Assembly (NCBI RefSeq): GCF_006345805.1
Contig: NC_042998.1
Span: forward strand, 119,846,001 to 119,910,000
Length of the DNA stretch: 64,000 nucleotides
Reading direction: 5' to 3'
Source: Octopus sinensis
Taxonomy: Eukaryota
Shown here: in pieces, positions 1-12,143 of the stretch
How positions within the stretch are numbered: position 1 is the first letter of the stretch
Layout of the letters: every line of letters starts with the position of its first letter
Notes under the pieces: generated by a model
What the model saw: only the letters and a program-made list of their open reading frames with translations
What the model was told of the DNA's origin: nothing
Databases searched by the model: none
Position numbers and translations under genes: made by a program

Positions 1-83
1 ACGCTCTCTCTTGCCTTCCAGTCTGCGCCCTTTCGTCTCCTGCTGCTATCGACTTAACTGCCATCTCGCAGGAGCAGTCACCT

Positions 84-1419
84 TTGGCGTCGTTAGACTT
101 AACTTCTCCCAAGTTCTCCTGTTGCCAGTTTTCCTACCTTCCGCTTCCGTCAGCCGAAGGCACCATTCTTTGTGATACTTCCACTGGTTCTCCCAGGCCA
201 CTCGTGCCTGAGAATCATCAACGCTCAGTGTTTGAAGCACTGCATTCCTTATCACATCCTGGCATCGCTGCCACCCGTAAGCTAACCACTGCTCGTTTTT
301 TTTGGCCGAATATGCGTCGCACTATTACTTCTTGGACACGCACCTGCTCCAAGTGTCAACGGTCCAAGATTCAACGGCACGTTCGTGCCCCGCTTGGACA
401 TTTTCCCCCTACGGAGGCCCGTTTTCGCCATGTCCACATCGATCTGGTTGGACCATGGCTGTGAGTCGCGGTTTTCTTATCTGTTAACTTGTGTCGATCG
501 TTTCTCCCGCTGGCCAGAAGCCATTCTGATAGCAGACATTTCTGCTGAGACTGTTGCGCGAGCCTTCGTTTCAAACTGGATTTCCCGTTTCGGAGTCCCG
601 TCCAGATTGACTACTGATCGTGGACGTCAGTTTGAAGCTTCGCTATTTCGCGAATTGTCGCGCATTTTAGGTGTGCATCATATCCACACTACCAGCTATC
701 ATCCAGCGTCTAATGGATTAGTTGAACGGTTCCATAGACAGCTCAAGGCCGCTCTTCATGCCTCTTCAGATCCACAGTCCTGGATTGAATTTCTGCCAAT
801 TGTGCTTCTCGGTTGTCGGACTGCTGTCAAGGCAGACCTGGGGTTTTCTTCTGCAGAGCTGCTGTATGGTACCACACTGGCATTGCCTGGTACGATGTTG
901 GTGCCAGACACTTCCCAGCCCCATGATCCGGCGACCTATGTCGCCAGACTGCGTTCATATTTCTCGAATCTTCCACCCATCGTTCCCAGGAAACAATCTC
1001 CACCATCCCATCTCCCACCGGATATGGACACTTGGTCGCATGTTTTTGTTCGGGACGACTCTGTCAAGGGACCACTTGTTTCTCCCTATAAAGGACCTTT
1101 CCGTGTGCTTTCTCGCACACCTAAGGTTATCACCATTGAAATAAATGGTCATTCAGAGACCGTTTTCGTGGACCGACTGAAGAAAGCATACTTTGAGACG
1201 TCTTCATCTTTTGATGACAACCTTGCCACACCCACCTATGCACCTTTAACAACACCTTCACCTGCACAAACACCTTCACTTGCACAGACACCTTTGCCTT
1301 CACCGGCTCCTACAACACCACCTTCGCCGTCAATGGGTGCCCCGAGCACACCGTATATTACAAGATCGGGCAGAACAGTGCATTGGCCCAAGAAACTTTC
1401 AAAGACAATTTATATTTAA
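84..1419 (+). pseudogene. Gypsy integrase, frameshifted near 460-478, with Pro/Thr-rich C-terminal tail
   Basis: The HHCC and DDE parts sit in different frames; two inferred 1-bp deletions would restore GPWPVSRGFSYLLTC. Confidence 0.88.
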
Positions 1420-1555
1420 CTTTCTTTCAAATTTCTTATATTTGTATGATATTATGTACCAAATCTTCTGGGGGATCGGCAAGCCATCTGTTTTTCTGCA
1501 GCACCACTACAAATTTTCTTGTTTTCGTACTTCTGCACTCGAGGGGGGGGGGCCA

Positions 1556-1973
1556 TGTAGTGATGCTACTGTGTAAGGTTCAGCGCGCATGCGCAGAATG
1601 GGACTACTTCCGGGTGGCCACCGGAAGTCTTCCCCATGCGCATGTGCGGGAAACCGACCCCTAAGGAACAGTAAACTCGATCACTCTCTCTGGCCATTTC
1701 AGCCCTCGTGAACAGATGTGCATTTGGTAGTCTCTGATAACTATACTGACTTAGCCGCGGACGACATCGAATCACTTCAACCAACCAACAAGAAGCTGTA
1801 CAACAGATTCAGCTGTCGTTTCCCCTCAGAAATACGTACACCATCACGAATAATAAACAACACTGCTGTCTTTCCCAGATAACCTGACTTCGTCTGTTAT
1901 ATCTAACTAAATTGAATGTGGCGGGATCGGATCGGATACCCCTTCAGTGATACCGATTCCAGATCCTGTTACA
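1556..1973 (+). repeat. 3' LTR of Gypsy element 1 (about 418 bp)
   Basis: Starts TGTAG just after the PPT, has AATAAA at about 1852, and plausibly ends ...TGTTACA at 1973. The right end is less certain because the 5' LTR is not in the window. Confidence 0.7.
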
Positions 1974-2698
1974 AGTGAAAGAGTCTATAGCCATCGAAGT
2001 GAGAAGTTCATAGACACAAGAAAAATACTACCAGTTTGCAGTCAATACTACATAGTAGTTGAAATACTGTATCAAGAAGTTGTGGCCATTACAACTACTT
2101 GTAATGAGCTGGTTACAGGTACATGTCATATGGGAAGTCGTGGCTGTAATGCTGCTGCCTGGGTCACTTGATACAGAAGTTCATGCAGGTTGTATGTTCG
2201 CTGTTGATCCAGAGTGAAACAATTTCTGAACAGTGAGCTGTTGGAACCTGGGTGAATTGCTTGCTGAGCTGTGTACGAAGAGAGATGTTGACGATGTTAA
2301 GGACACGATGGTAGCGATGAAAATGGAGGTTGCCGCAATGCTGTTGGACGAAGCTGGTGAGTCTCAATGTAGCTGCTGTGGTTGTAGTGTTGTCTGGCAT
2401 TGTCACTGGAACTAGCTGTGTCTTTGTGGTCAGTGGCTAGACCTTAAAAGATCTGGAACCAAAGACCTCAGAATGAGGAAAAGCTGAGTTTTACAAGAAG
2501 CTGTAGGCTCAAACAGGGTGGTAAACAGACTGTCCCATGTGATACTACTTAGGGCCTCCGACTGGTTATACATGGCAAGTTCGTGCGACAGAGTAAGAGA
2601 CAAATTGTGCCAATACCAACCAATCAGAGTAGTGGACATAACGGGATCCAAATAGCAGTGAAAGGCTAGTTATTCCCTGCTATGTTCAAATGCACATA

Positions 2699-3062
2699 TC
2701 TCTATATATATAAATGGCAAAATGTCTGTGTGTGTGTCCTTTATACAAATCAAAAAGTTTTCAGTTAGAGGACTCACATTTTCTATGGTCATTCAAAACC
2801 GTCCAAGGGTGGTCGTGCACATCTTTACATTTCCCCAGTCACCTCACAAAGCCATTAAAAAATCAATAGAAGTTACATTTTTGTGAATTTTCTATCCAAA
2901 ACCCAATCAAAATGCCCGAAACTTGATATGCCAATTGAATGCCAGCTAGCTGTATGTGATTGGTTGGAGATTTGGACAGTACTCGCGTGTATGTGCGCAC
3001 GCATGCAGCTGTATATGCATGCACTAGAAGTATGACCCGGCGTTTCCGGGTCATAGTGCTAG
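2699..3062 (+). mobile_element. Non-autonomous Helitron
   Basis: A|TC start; 10-bp subterminal hairpin TATGACCCGG-cgttt-CCGGGTCATA (3031-3055); CTAG|T end; no TSD. Confidence 0.85.
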
Positions 3063-3253
3063 TATATAATGAGAGAGAGGAATTTCACCCGAATCTATGC
3101 TACAAAAGTATACTGCGATAGAAACTGGAAGGTGGAAGTGATGACAGGCATCTTGTAATTTCATATAAACACTATGTGATATGCTAATATATCCAATACA
3201 TAAATGTACATATATTTAATATAACATGAAAACCGTACATGTTTTATATAAGA

Positions 3254-3648
3254 CTAGCAGTATCGCTCGGCGTTGCTCGGGTTGTAAGGGAAATAACTAT
3301 ATAAGCATTTTTAGAGAGTTATAGCCAAAAAATAGCAAAAAAATGCATTAAAAATTGAAAAAAATTAAGGTAAATTTTTTTTTTAAATCGTTGACACATC
3401 GTAGATATTTTTAGAGAGTAACTTCCCTTATATAAAAGCGAAAAAAATGCATTAAAATGGAAAAATATGATGGTAAATTTTTTTTAAATCGTAGACTCAT
3501 CGTAGACGCGCGCTAATACCCAGAAGGGCTCGATATGAATCACGACTATAAGATACCCGCTTTTGGTTAAACTGCACCGCAAAATGTGGGAGTAGTTACG
3601 AATGTAAATCGAAGGGGACAGACACACAACTTCACTCTTATATAAAGA
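3254..3648 (-). mobile_element. Non-autonomous Helitron
   Basis: On the minus strand: A|TCTTTATATA start, degenerate hairpin cccgagcaacgccgagcg, and CTAG|T end at 3254. Confidence 0.75.
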
Positions 3649-3649
3649 T

Positions 3650-4423
3650 GCTTTTTTTTTTCAGTCATAGAGTTAGATTTATGAAGGTCTTCAGTAGAAA
3701 ATCCTTCGAATTCTGACTCGCTGCTTGATATAATGAAATTCGTATCCATTTTTTGTCAGAATTACAAATTTTGAAAACACAATAGGAACAAATTTCGGAA
3801 AAAAATCTCCCATAATTCACGGAATTAAAATTACACTTCGATTTTTGTACAAAACTGTATTTGAAGTGTTTACGAAGTATAATACGTGTTTTCACGAATG
3901 TACTAAAGAGATTTACTCTGATATTCTCATTTAAATATGAATAGGTAAATTCGGGCGGTTTGGTAACGAAAGGGTTTATATAAGTGTCGTCTGTTTATAC
4001 ATAAACACTGTTTCATACTTTCAGTTTAGTCTTCCTCAAATCACTCTGTCGCTAATTTACTCTCTTCCAAGAACATTTTCACTCACTCTTATCTGTTAGC
4101 TTCCCATACATTTTACTCATGTATCTATCAGCGTGATAGACAGAAACAAATATTACATCTAGTTTCACTTTATTCGTTGCACACTGTGTGTTTGCGTGTG
4201 CTGTAAACCAGACTAAGAAAAGCATTTGACATACACACCAGAATGTGAGTTTTCTGTAAATTTTGCTTAATTGGAGTTTAAATTTTAAAAACTGGACCTG
4301 GCATGACCCGATGCATTCTACTCTTAAAAATGCTAGGTAAATTGTAATTGAAGAAATCCTATATTGTAGATTTCTATAACTTACAAAGGGAGGCAGATAA
4401 AATCTGCCTTTTATAATAAGAGA
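3650..4423 (-). mobile_element. Probable second Helitron 5' portion abutting the 3254-3648 element
   Basis: Minus-strand A|TCTCTTATTATAAAA start at 4423 with hairpin AGGCAGAT-ttt-ATCTGCCT; no 3' end of its own was found. Confidence 0.45.
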
Positions 4424-4449
4424 TAAAAACAATCACATTTATGGGAAAG

Positions 4450-5070
4450 CATAACAGTCATTGCTACAAGAAAAGAGATTTGTAAAGTTTTTCATGATCT
4501 CTGAATTTGTTTCTCCCCATATGCTCATGAAGATGATGTAAATAAATCATTGCTCTTCCCATATTGTTACCTAATCTTCCTGTCGAGCATTCATCACCCT
4601 CCTATTGTCTGTGTATGTTGCTGTCATCACTTGGATCAACAAAATTGAGTGAATGGTTGACAAGTTCTACATAGAAAATCCTCCATCTGATATCAAACGT
4701 AGTTCATGAAATTTTGGCTTATCAGTGTTGTCACCAGGACCATCATTAAGCTCCTGCAACCCCTGCAGTCACAGGTGGCCTCCATGGTTGAAGGGCCCTA
4801 TGTTGAGATCAAAGTACGTAGATAAGTCATCTATTTACTTTGGTTAAGATGTCGAACAAGAATTAAACTATCTATGCTAACTGAAAATTTCAAGAAATAA
4901 AATGGTAATACATTGTACCTGCAGAAGTTCTTGTAAAAGAATTACATTGTACAACAAACATGTACCAGACTTTGTGGATTGTCTACGATATTTATTGAAC
5001 ACAAAATTAGCTTTCACCTTGATTATTCTGAACTGATCAATGATCTTACAAAGCAAAAAGTGCTCCATGT
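4450..5070 (-). mobile_element. Decayed Merlin (IS1595/ISXO2-like) DNA transposase fragment
   Basis: Minus-strand translation LISDG...VNHSLNFVDPS...HRQ*EG...YLHHLHEHMGRNKF resembles the Merlin pattern ISD...VNHSxxFVDP...HTQxIE...YLxEFMWRxKF; contains stops and frameshifts. Confidence 0.6.
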
Positions 5071-6146
5071 TTGTCTTTGAAAGTTGCCTGGATTATAAAA
5101 GTGCTCTTTCATTAATTCCTGAAAGTTTTACTTATTGAAATTTGTAATATAGTTGTAGGGGACTTTTAAGAGTCATGTGATGGAGCTGGTTGTCACTTAT
5201 GGTTTCTGTCTCTATATACTTTCATTTTTAAAGGACAATTTACTTTCAGAATATTACTTAGTAAACTGTATGTTAACTGAGAGGAAATTCCAGGCTTGGC
5301 AGCTAAACAGAATTAAGAGGTTTGAAGGTAAACTGAGTCGAGACGAAGGTTTTTGTGAGTAGGAAAGAAGGCAGGTGCCTGGTATCCTCAGGGAAATGAC
5401 CTTGCTTAGTTTGCAGAAAAGTATAGATAAACTCCATATGCTGGAACATACAGGAGGTGAAGTGGAATCATAGGCAGACTAACAGAGAGTGCAAGTTCTG
5501 TATGTGATACATGCACTGGAGAAGTACATGCTATGCAGTCTTTTGACCTGTTGGATCCTGTAAAATCATCCAATGATGCAAGCATAGAACATGAATGTTA
5601 AATGATGATGATGTATTTTATTAGTAACCTGCTATTTTCTAAAAGATAAGCTATCATATCTTTGTTTCATGTTCTTTTCTGTATTTAAACAAAAGTGTAT
5701 AGGTACAAACAAAACAGTTGGCTTAATAAAATCATTTCCATATTACAGTTCAACATCAGAATCCATATATTACCTATGTAGTATTGTTAGTTGATATACA
5801 GCAATATTTGCTTAATAATATCCTGATTATTGGAACTGTGCTTCAGTGATGTTTTTCATAGTGGTAGATGTCAGTGATAGGTAGCACACACAAGTTGGAA
5901 TTTCCCCATTTTGGCCGGGATTTTTTAGATCTTTTTTTTGTGGTGCTCCAGTGCTCTTGGAAATGACAGGGAGTAACTTTTTTGATAAATGATGTTTTGT
6001 AGTTCTCCCACACCAACCAATTTTGGTCAATTTTTCAGGCACTACACACAGTTTTTTTTACCCCATCCTGGACTGATTTTGATCGATTTTGTGGGCACTA
6101 TGCACTTAAAAATGATGGAAGAAACATTTCTGTTAAAAAAAAAAAA

Positions 6147-6455
6147 AGCTGTGTGGTAAGAAGCTTGCTTCCCAACCATATGGTTCTGGGTTCAGACCCA
6201 CTGCATTGCTCCTTGGGCAAGTGTCTTCTATTATAGTCTCAGGCTGCCCAAAGCCTTTGTAAGTGGATTTGGTAGGCAGAAACTGAAAGAGGCCTGTCAT
6301 ATATTATCACTTGATAATCAGTGTTGGTTTGTTTACATCTCTGTAATTTAGCGGTACAGCAAAGAGCCTGATAAAATAAGTACCATACTTAAAAATTAAG
6401 TATTGGGGGTTGATCTGCTTGACTAAACCCATCAAGGGCACCCCAATAAGGTTGA
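6147..6455 (+). mobile_element. tRNA-derived SINE, family A (degenerate)
   Basis: Head gctgtgtggtaagaagcttgcttcccaacc...ccttgggcaagtgtctt; homologous to the 32309-32697 copy. Confidence 0.75.
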
Positions 6456-6479
6456 ACTGTAAGAAGTAAATGATAATAT

Positions 6480-7720
6480 ATCATCATCATCATCGTTGTT
6501 TAACATCTGCTTTCCATGCTGGTATGTATTGGACAGTTTGTCTGAGAACTGGTAAGCCAGGAGGCTGCACCAGGCCTCATTCTAATTTGGCAAGGTTTCT
6601 ACAGCTGGAAGCCTTTCCTAATGGCAACCACTCTGAGAGTGTGGTGGGTACTTTTTACATACCACCAGTATGGAAGCCAGTCAGGTGGTACTGGTATCAG
6701 CCACGCTTGAATAGTGCTTTTTATGTATCACCGGCACAGGTACCAGTCAGATGACACTGGCATCGGCCACACTCAAATGGTGTTTTTTACATGTCACAGG
6801 CATTGGCCACACTCAAATAATGCTTTTTATGTGAGACTGGCACTGGCATCAGTTACCGCATCAATTTCATTTGGTTCAGCAGGTCTTCACAAGCATGGCA
6901 TATTACCCAACGATTGAGGGTGCTTTTAATGAGCCAGTTATGCAACACAGGCATCGGCCACAACTACGACCTCACTTGGCTTGCTGAATCTCCTCAAGCA
7001 TGGCATATCTTCAAAGGTCTCGGTTGCTTGTCATTGCCTCTGTGAAGCCCAACATTTGAAGGTCGTGCTTCACCACCTCATCCCACATCTTCCAGGGTCT
7101 ACCTCTTCTACAGGTTCCCTGCACTGTTTGAGTGTGACATTTCTTCACACAGCTGTCCTCATACATACACATCTCATGACTATACCAACACAGTCATCAG
7201 CTCGCACACCACAGCTGATGCTTCTTATGTCCAACTTTTCTCTTAGGATGCTCACTCTCTGTCGTGCATGCACACTGACATTACACATCAGCGAAGCATA
7301 CTAGCTTCATTTCTTTCAAGTCTACGCATGTCCTCAGCAGTCACAGACCATGTTTCACTACTGTGTAGCATAGCTGTTCACACACAGGCATCATATAGTC
7401 TACATTTCACTCTGAGTGAGAGGCTCTTTGTTACCAGAAGAGGTAGGAGCTTTCTGAACTTTGCCCAACCCACACTTATTCTAGCAGCTATGCTCTGAGA
7501 GCATCCACTCCCACTACTGACTTGGTGGCCAAGGTAGTAGAAGCTATCAACTAATTCTAGATTTTCCCCCTGGCATGTGATGGGCTGTGTTTTCTGTACA
7601 TTTTTGGTGTTTATTGCACCTGTGCATCTCTCTCACACAATAACTAGTCAATCTTCCTTTGATATTGCTGTATCTCTTATGTGTCTACAGCTTACACCGG
7701 GTACATCTTATGGAGTTTCT
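6480..7720 (-). mobile_element. RTE-clade LINE, 5'-truncated (ORF2 C-terminus, 3' UTR, (GAT)n tail)
   Basis: (ATC)n tail at 6480; minus-strand remnants of WAKFRxLLPLL and GRGRPxKTW; shared with copies at 13538, 25565 and 29098. Confidence 0.85.
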
Positions 7721-8535
7721 ATAAAATATATTTTATACATATATGTGTCCATGGTTTATGTATATATGTGTCTATAGCTTACATATATGTGTCCATAGTT
7801 TACACCAGGTACATCTTATGGAGTTTCTATAAGATGTATTTTATATATATGTGTGTGTGTTTGTATGTGTCTTCACATGCATACACCATACTGAACAATT
7901 TAACATAAGTACTGGCAGCACCAACATAAATGATTCCTCCACCACCATCACCCTACACCTTCCACATCTCATAACTAGTGTGTTTGTTGCTTTGATTTTG
8001 ATAGTGATTAGCGGTAATATATGAATAGAGTAATAATAATAGTTGTGTAGCAGTTTACATGAGAAAATTTTGAGAACAATATCTGGAGCTGTGTTTCTAA
8101 TAAGCAGAACATTTTAAAGTCATTTTAAATGTGTTTCAAACCCATTAGTTTTGATAACAATAAATATTTGGCAACATTATGTGTAATTTTAATAAATAGT
8201 TTCTGCCACATTATATGTTCATGTGTGTGTATAGGATGAAGTACTCGTGACTTAACAAACAAATACATAATATTAAAAATTTTTAAAAGGAAAACTCATA
8301 AACAAAATTACATAAGTAATTTATTAGTTATTCAGTTCTAATAGCTAGCAATAAAATCAGTTCTGAAATGAAGTCTTTCAACTGTTCAGAATGTTGTCTC
8401 ACAATAATTACTTAGAAAACATAATCTGATTATGCTACCAAGGTAACATAATTATCTTTGGAAGTGGGTATTATATAAGAATTTTATGCTAAGTATTGTG
8501 TTGTAGCATACACATTAACACCTGCATTATATTTT

Positions 8536-8537
<2 letters not shown>

Positions 8538-8625
<88 letters not shown>
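8538..8625. repeat. (CA)n microsatellite
   Basis: Uninterrupted CA run of about 44 units. Confidence 0.98.
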
Positions 8626-8629
<4 letters not shown>

Positions 8630-9774
8630 CATATGATTAAATAATAAGGGTAGAAATTAATATTAATCAATTAAAACCAATGGCTTAGCATATTTAAAAA
8701 ATCCAATGATTAAAAATTGCGTTACATACAAAATTAAGAGGAATGTCCACTAAAGTGTACACCTAATATGCTAAACATAGATGTCAAATCGCCATTACCA
8801 CAAAGAATGTGTTGTCAAGAAAAATCTCAGCAAAATGCCAAAATGTAAAAATGAGCAAGACAAATGAAAATATACGAAATAAAAAACGATTACCTATGTA
8901 CCAATGGTTTCACTTGTTAATATCTATGTATGCAAACATGCAGATATCTGCAAGATCATCAGCGTAGTCTGTCACTTACAAAACACAATTTCCAGAACTA
9001 GATACAGAACGCTTAACCGAAATCGAGCATTTCTCTTTCATGTACTGTGATTACCTCCCACTCCTGAATCTTGTCCTCTTGGCCCGGTGCCACTGTATCA
9101 TTGCTCTCTGCTTTCCCCCGACCTGTGGGTTCTACTCACATGCCTTGTCTCACTCTATTATTGCCATCTGCTAGCACCTATCCTGGGTGTTCCACCCACA
9201 TGTAACAAGAAAACTTTCCCGTCCTCCTATCCCAACTAACCAATCTAGATCTCTTCTCTTTTCACACATTCCCTCCTTCATTCACTATGCCTAGCTCTCA
9301 CTCCCCAGTCCTTACTCTCTATCATTGCTATTCAGTAGCCCCCTCCAACCCTATATATACCCAGGTCTTTCACCATTTACTCACACTCCCTTCACAATAT
9401 GCTGTCACTTATGGCATTTGAACCTCAAGGATATGCGCTGGTACTTGTCACTATCTATCTCTCTCTCTCTTCCTTTACTCAACCATCTCATTTATACTCT
9501 TATCCCGTTCCTTGTGAGTATGCCCAGCATTTTGCCACCGTCTCCATTCTGCAGTCTCCCATTCTTTCTCTCTCTCCTTCTGCATTTCCCTCAGGGCGGG
9601 CAACCGTGTATTTTCTTTACAGTAGCACATCTGTTTCTGTCTTCATTCCTGATCTTTCTCTCTCCAGCCAGGTAACCTTGTACTTCCTCTACAGCAAGAC
9701 ACCTCTATCTGTCTCACTATAACCTTTTCATCATAACCTCCTCCAATGCCTCCTTGCCTCTTAAAAGTTTTTGT

Positions 9775-10143
9775 TTTTCGAGTACTTGGTGACCTTGTCA
9801 GTGCAGGTGCCACTTAAAAGCACCCAGTCCACACTGTAAAGTGGTTGGTGTTCAGAAGGGCATCCAGCTGTAAAAACCTTGCCAAAACTGACCTTGCCTG
9901 TGCTTCTGCCACGTAAAAAGCACTACTCACTTTGCCTGTGCTTGTGCCACCTAAAAAGCATTAGGTCCACTCTGCTGAGTGGTTGGTATTAGGAAGGGCA
10001 TCCAGCTGTAAAAATCTTGCCAAAACAGTCACAGAAGTCTGGTGCAGGCTTTGGCCTGGCCGGCTCTTGTGGTACTGTCCCACCCATACTAGCATAGAAC
10101 ACAGATGTTAAATGATGATGATGATCGTGATGATGATGATGAT
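9775..10143 (+). mobile_element. RTE-type 3' module with internal duplication and (GAT)n tail
   Basis: The block GGTTGG..TTAGGAAGGGCATCCAGCTGTAAAA occurs twice; ends atgatgatgat. Confidence 0.8.
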
Positions 10144-10395
10144 AAGTACTGAAAAATTATAGAGGTGAACTCTTTTCAAGAAACAATAGCATAGGGCTTA
10201 ATTTATTGAGCAATTAGATCAAAGTATTAATTTGAAAAAGACAAGTTCCAAGGTCAATAATACTCCTCATCAAAGCCGAGGCAAAAGCAACAGTAACATT
10301 CATCCCAACCAGGACTGCCACATTATGATGGCAAATAATCTTTACTTTAAAGTACTGTTCCTGTACATCTCTTGTTTCTATATATATATAAATAA

Positions 10396-10399
<4 letters not shown>

Positions 10400-10473
<74 letters not shown>

Positions 10474-10480
10474 ATATATA
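10400..10480. repeat. (TA)n(TG)n microsatellite
   Basis: Direct reading. Confidence 0.97.
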
Positions 10481-11919
10481 AAAGTAGTTTTAGAGACAGA
10501 ACCACCTTCAACTCAATCAACTTTGAAAGATTTTATACCCTACCACTCAATAAAATGTTGAATTTTAAATCTTATACTAACTATATCTATTCTGAATCCC
10601 GTATTTACTGTTTATAAGACTACACGTGTTTCATGAAAGAACGTCAGTATTGATTAGATACGAGGTATCTAGTTTCAATGCTTAATCGGGTCGACATACT
10701 CCCAGTCTTCAGGTCTGGATTCCTCAACATTTTTCACTACCTTATATACCTCCATGATACTCTATATCTTCAATATAATCTTACTTAACATATACAAATG
10801 AATAGAAATACAAATAATAAATAAAAATAATAACTGAATATTAAAAATTTAAGGAGTATAGATTTAAGGAATAAAAATTCAAGGAATAAACATTTAAGGA
10901 AAAAAATTTAAAGAGAAAAACATATAAGTAAAAATTACGGATAAAAGTTACGAATAACGAATAAAGAATCACAAATAAACAAATACGAAATAAAAATGAA
11001 ATAATGATGAAAAAATAATGAAATAAAAATAGAGACGAAAATAAAACGAATGTTAACTTATCTTTTCTTTCCTTGGCAAAAATTAGGCATAGCTACATCT
11101 TGCAATAAGGTAAAATCCGTACTTGATAATACCTATGTATAGAAGGTACTACAGATAAATGTCAGAAAGTTCTACTGGTGTATCTATTCCTTTATATAGT
11201 ACGGTCAGGGGAATTGGAAATGAATGCATCATGGGAACAAGCCACTTTTATCGTTGTTTATTTTATTCAATCTATGAATTATAGCAAACAGCCAATCTCA
11301 ATTCGAATATTTTGGATACATAAGAGTTATGTTTTATATTATTTAATATCTATTATTTATATTATTATTCTTAAATATTTGATGTTCCATTTAAACTAAA
11401 TTTCAAAATTTAAGTTTAAAAATTTCAATTACAATTACAATTGTGTAACGTATGGCTAACAATTTAATTAAAAATCTAAAGTATCGTAAATTAACCAATT
11501 AATATAATATATTTTTGTATGACTAAGTGCTACTTTCTAGTAAATAATAGCTAGTATATAATTATAATTATAACTTTATCTAAAAAAGCATGACTGAGTT
11601 TTCATACCTTATAAATAAGGTTTAGTTTATTTACTAAAGAATTTAATTTTAACTCATCTTATTAATTAAACAATTTATCCTATGTTTGCATTTAATTTTT
11701 CGTTCGTCCAGGGCATTGAGCAATATTGTTTTGACTTTTAAGATTTCCATAAATTCGTGTGTACACAACAGACAGAACTGAGCAAGATGTAAACAGTAGC
11801 AGCACGACATTGCGAGGTATATTTGCCACCTAAATGTGGCTGACCATAAAGGGATGATGCTACTGTAGTTTATAGTCCCAGGAAGACATCTCTTCCAGCT
11901 GGCTTTTGACACACTGTCA

Positions 11920-12069
11920 GTATTTGCGAAAGGAAACCATTGTTCCCGTCTCCAGCCTGATGTGATACACACGACCTGAGTTTCTGATGACGAATCAATA
12001 TCCAGAAACTCGGGTCCGTGTGTATCACGTCAGGCTGGAGATAGGAACGATGGTTTCCCTTTGCAAATA

Positions 12070-12070
<1 letters not shown>
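11920..12070. repeat. Foldback inverted repeat (arms about 67 bp, 16-nt loop)
   Basis: 11920-11986 is the reverse complement of 12003-12070 with about 8 differences. Confidence 0.92.

Positions 12071-12071
<1 letters not shown>

Positions 12072-12140
<69 letters not shown>
12072..12140. repeat. (TA)n microsatellite
   Basis: Direct reading. Confidence 0.97.

Positions 12141-12143
<3 letters not shown>

Larger units (their letters stand above)
1..1973 (+). mobile_element. Ty3/Gypsy LTR retrotransposon, 3' part (integrase, PPT, 3' LTR); 5' part lies outside the window
   Basis: Zinc-binding HSLSHPG...CSKC (ORF 84-464); core [17 protein letters not shown] and [12 protein letters not shown] (ORF 385-1419); G-rich PPT at 1541-1552; TG at 1556. 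Confidence 0.93.

Noticed and set aside
1990-2690. GC-richer 700-bp block between the LTR and the first Helitron, with several short ORFs
   Set aside because: No motif, termini or splice pattern recognised; left unassigned.
10646-10712. Minus-strand CTGAAGA...GAAAC followed by a 7-bp hairpin (tagatac/gtatcta) and ATC, resembling a hammerhead
   Set aside because: Stems I and II cannot be formed and the C-G pair of stem III is mismatched; at best a decayed repeat end.
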